The notes beneath the pieces are model-generated. The model ran no database searches, was not told where the DNA came from, and saw only the letters and a list, made by a program, of their open reading frames with translations. From NCBI RefSeq assembly GCF_022539665.2, contig NC_081333.1, positions 10,912,001 through 10,976,000 of the forward strand: 64,000 bases of DNA. The letters run 5' to 3'. The position numbers and the translations under genes were made by a program. Every line of letters begins with the position of its first letter. Within the stretch, counting starts at the first letter, position 1. Of this stretch, positions 63,602 to 64,000 are shown in pieces. Source of the DNA: Daphnia carinata. Lineage: Eukaryota.

Positions 63602-64000
63602 ATGAGTGTGTCCAACCAATGCCATAAGGACCATTTCGATGGTAAGATAGACATTTGATTTGTTAATCATTTTACATGAATTGATGGACGTAATTTCAAT
63701 TGATTAAGTATTCGTGTAAATTGTATTGGTCGCACAGGAACTGACGGGAGCGATTCTGACGCGACGACGACGTCATCGACGGAGCATTTGACGCGGGAAG
63801 AGAAGCTTTACGTTCTGCGTCACACGCCGCGTCAGGAGCCGCAAGGTCAGGAGAGCAAAGGCTGGCAGCAGCAACAACGTCGATCGCCCAGCTGCCGCAG
63901 CTGCAGCGGACTGCAACTTGCACAGCAGCAACAGCGCAGTGGCAGCGTCAACCGGCTAGAGCAGTCGCTGAACAATAGCGGCGGTGGGGGACCCGATCCG
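63602..64000 (+). CDS. 5' part of an unidentified gene truncated by the window edge (exons 63602-63641 and 63738 onward)
   Basis: ATG...GAT G|GTAAG donor joins CACAG|GA acceptor in phase, giving MSVSNQCHKDHFDGTDGSDSD...EHLTREEKLYVLRH...EPQGQE, open to the end of the window with elevated GC. Confidence 0.6.

Overview
Compact, gene-dense eukaryotic (arthropod) genomic DNA. The very short (~60-90 bp) GT-AG introns, AT-rich intergenic DNA and gene content point to a branchiopod crustacean, probably Daphnia (inference). The window opens with a ~320-370 bp tandem repeat array containing palindromes. It then carries about 18 protein-coding genes: KIAA2026/BRD10, KIAA2013, an LRR protein, RAVER, SLC35C1, Rab21, SINHCAF/FAM60A, a POT1-like gene, UBE2K, PARL, an uncharacterised single-exon gene, C16orf87, Caprin, a Ptp10D-like receptor phosphatase, a CUB-like secreted protein, a chitin-binding protein, UVRAG and one gene truncated at the right edge. 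Two tandemly duplicated tRNA-Ser(GCT) genes lie between the POT1-like gene and UBE2K. Most notable: palindrome arms that co-vary between repeat copies; a POT1-like protein with an unusual domain layout; CTCF-like motifs at gene boundaries; an orientation-specific TCGTCTGC promoter motif; a possible CRL2-type LRR adaptor; and traces of ancient synteny. Gene identities come from recognising protein motifs, with no database search, and exon boundaries were placed by eye. CDS coordinates span start to stop, introns included.
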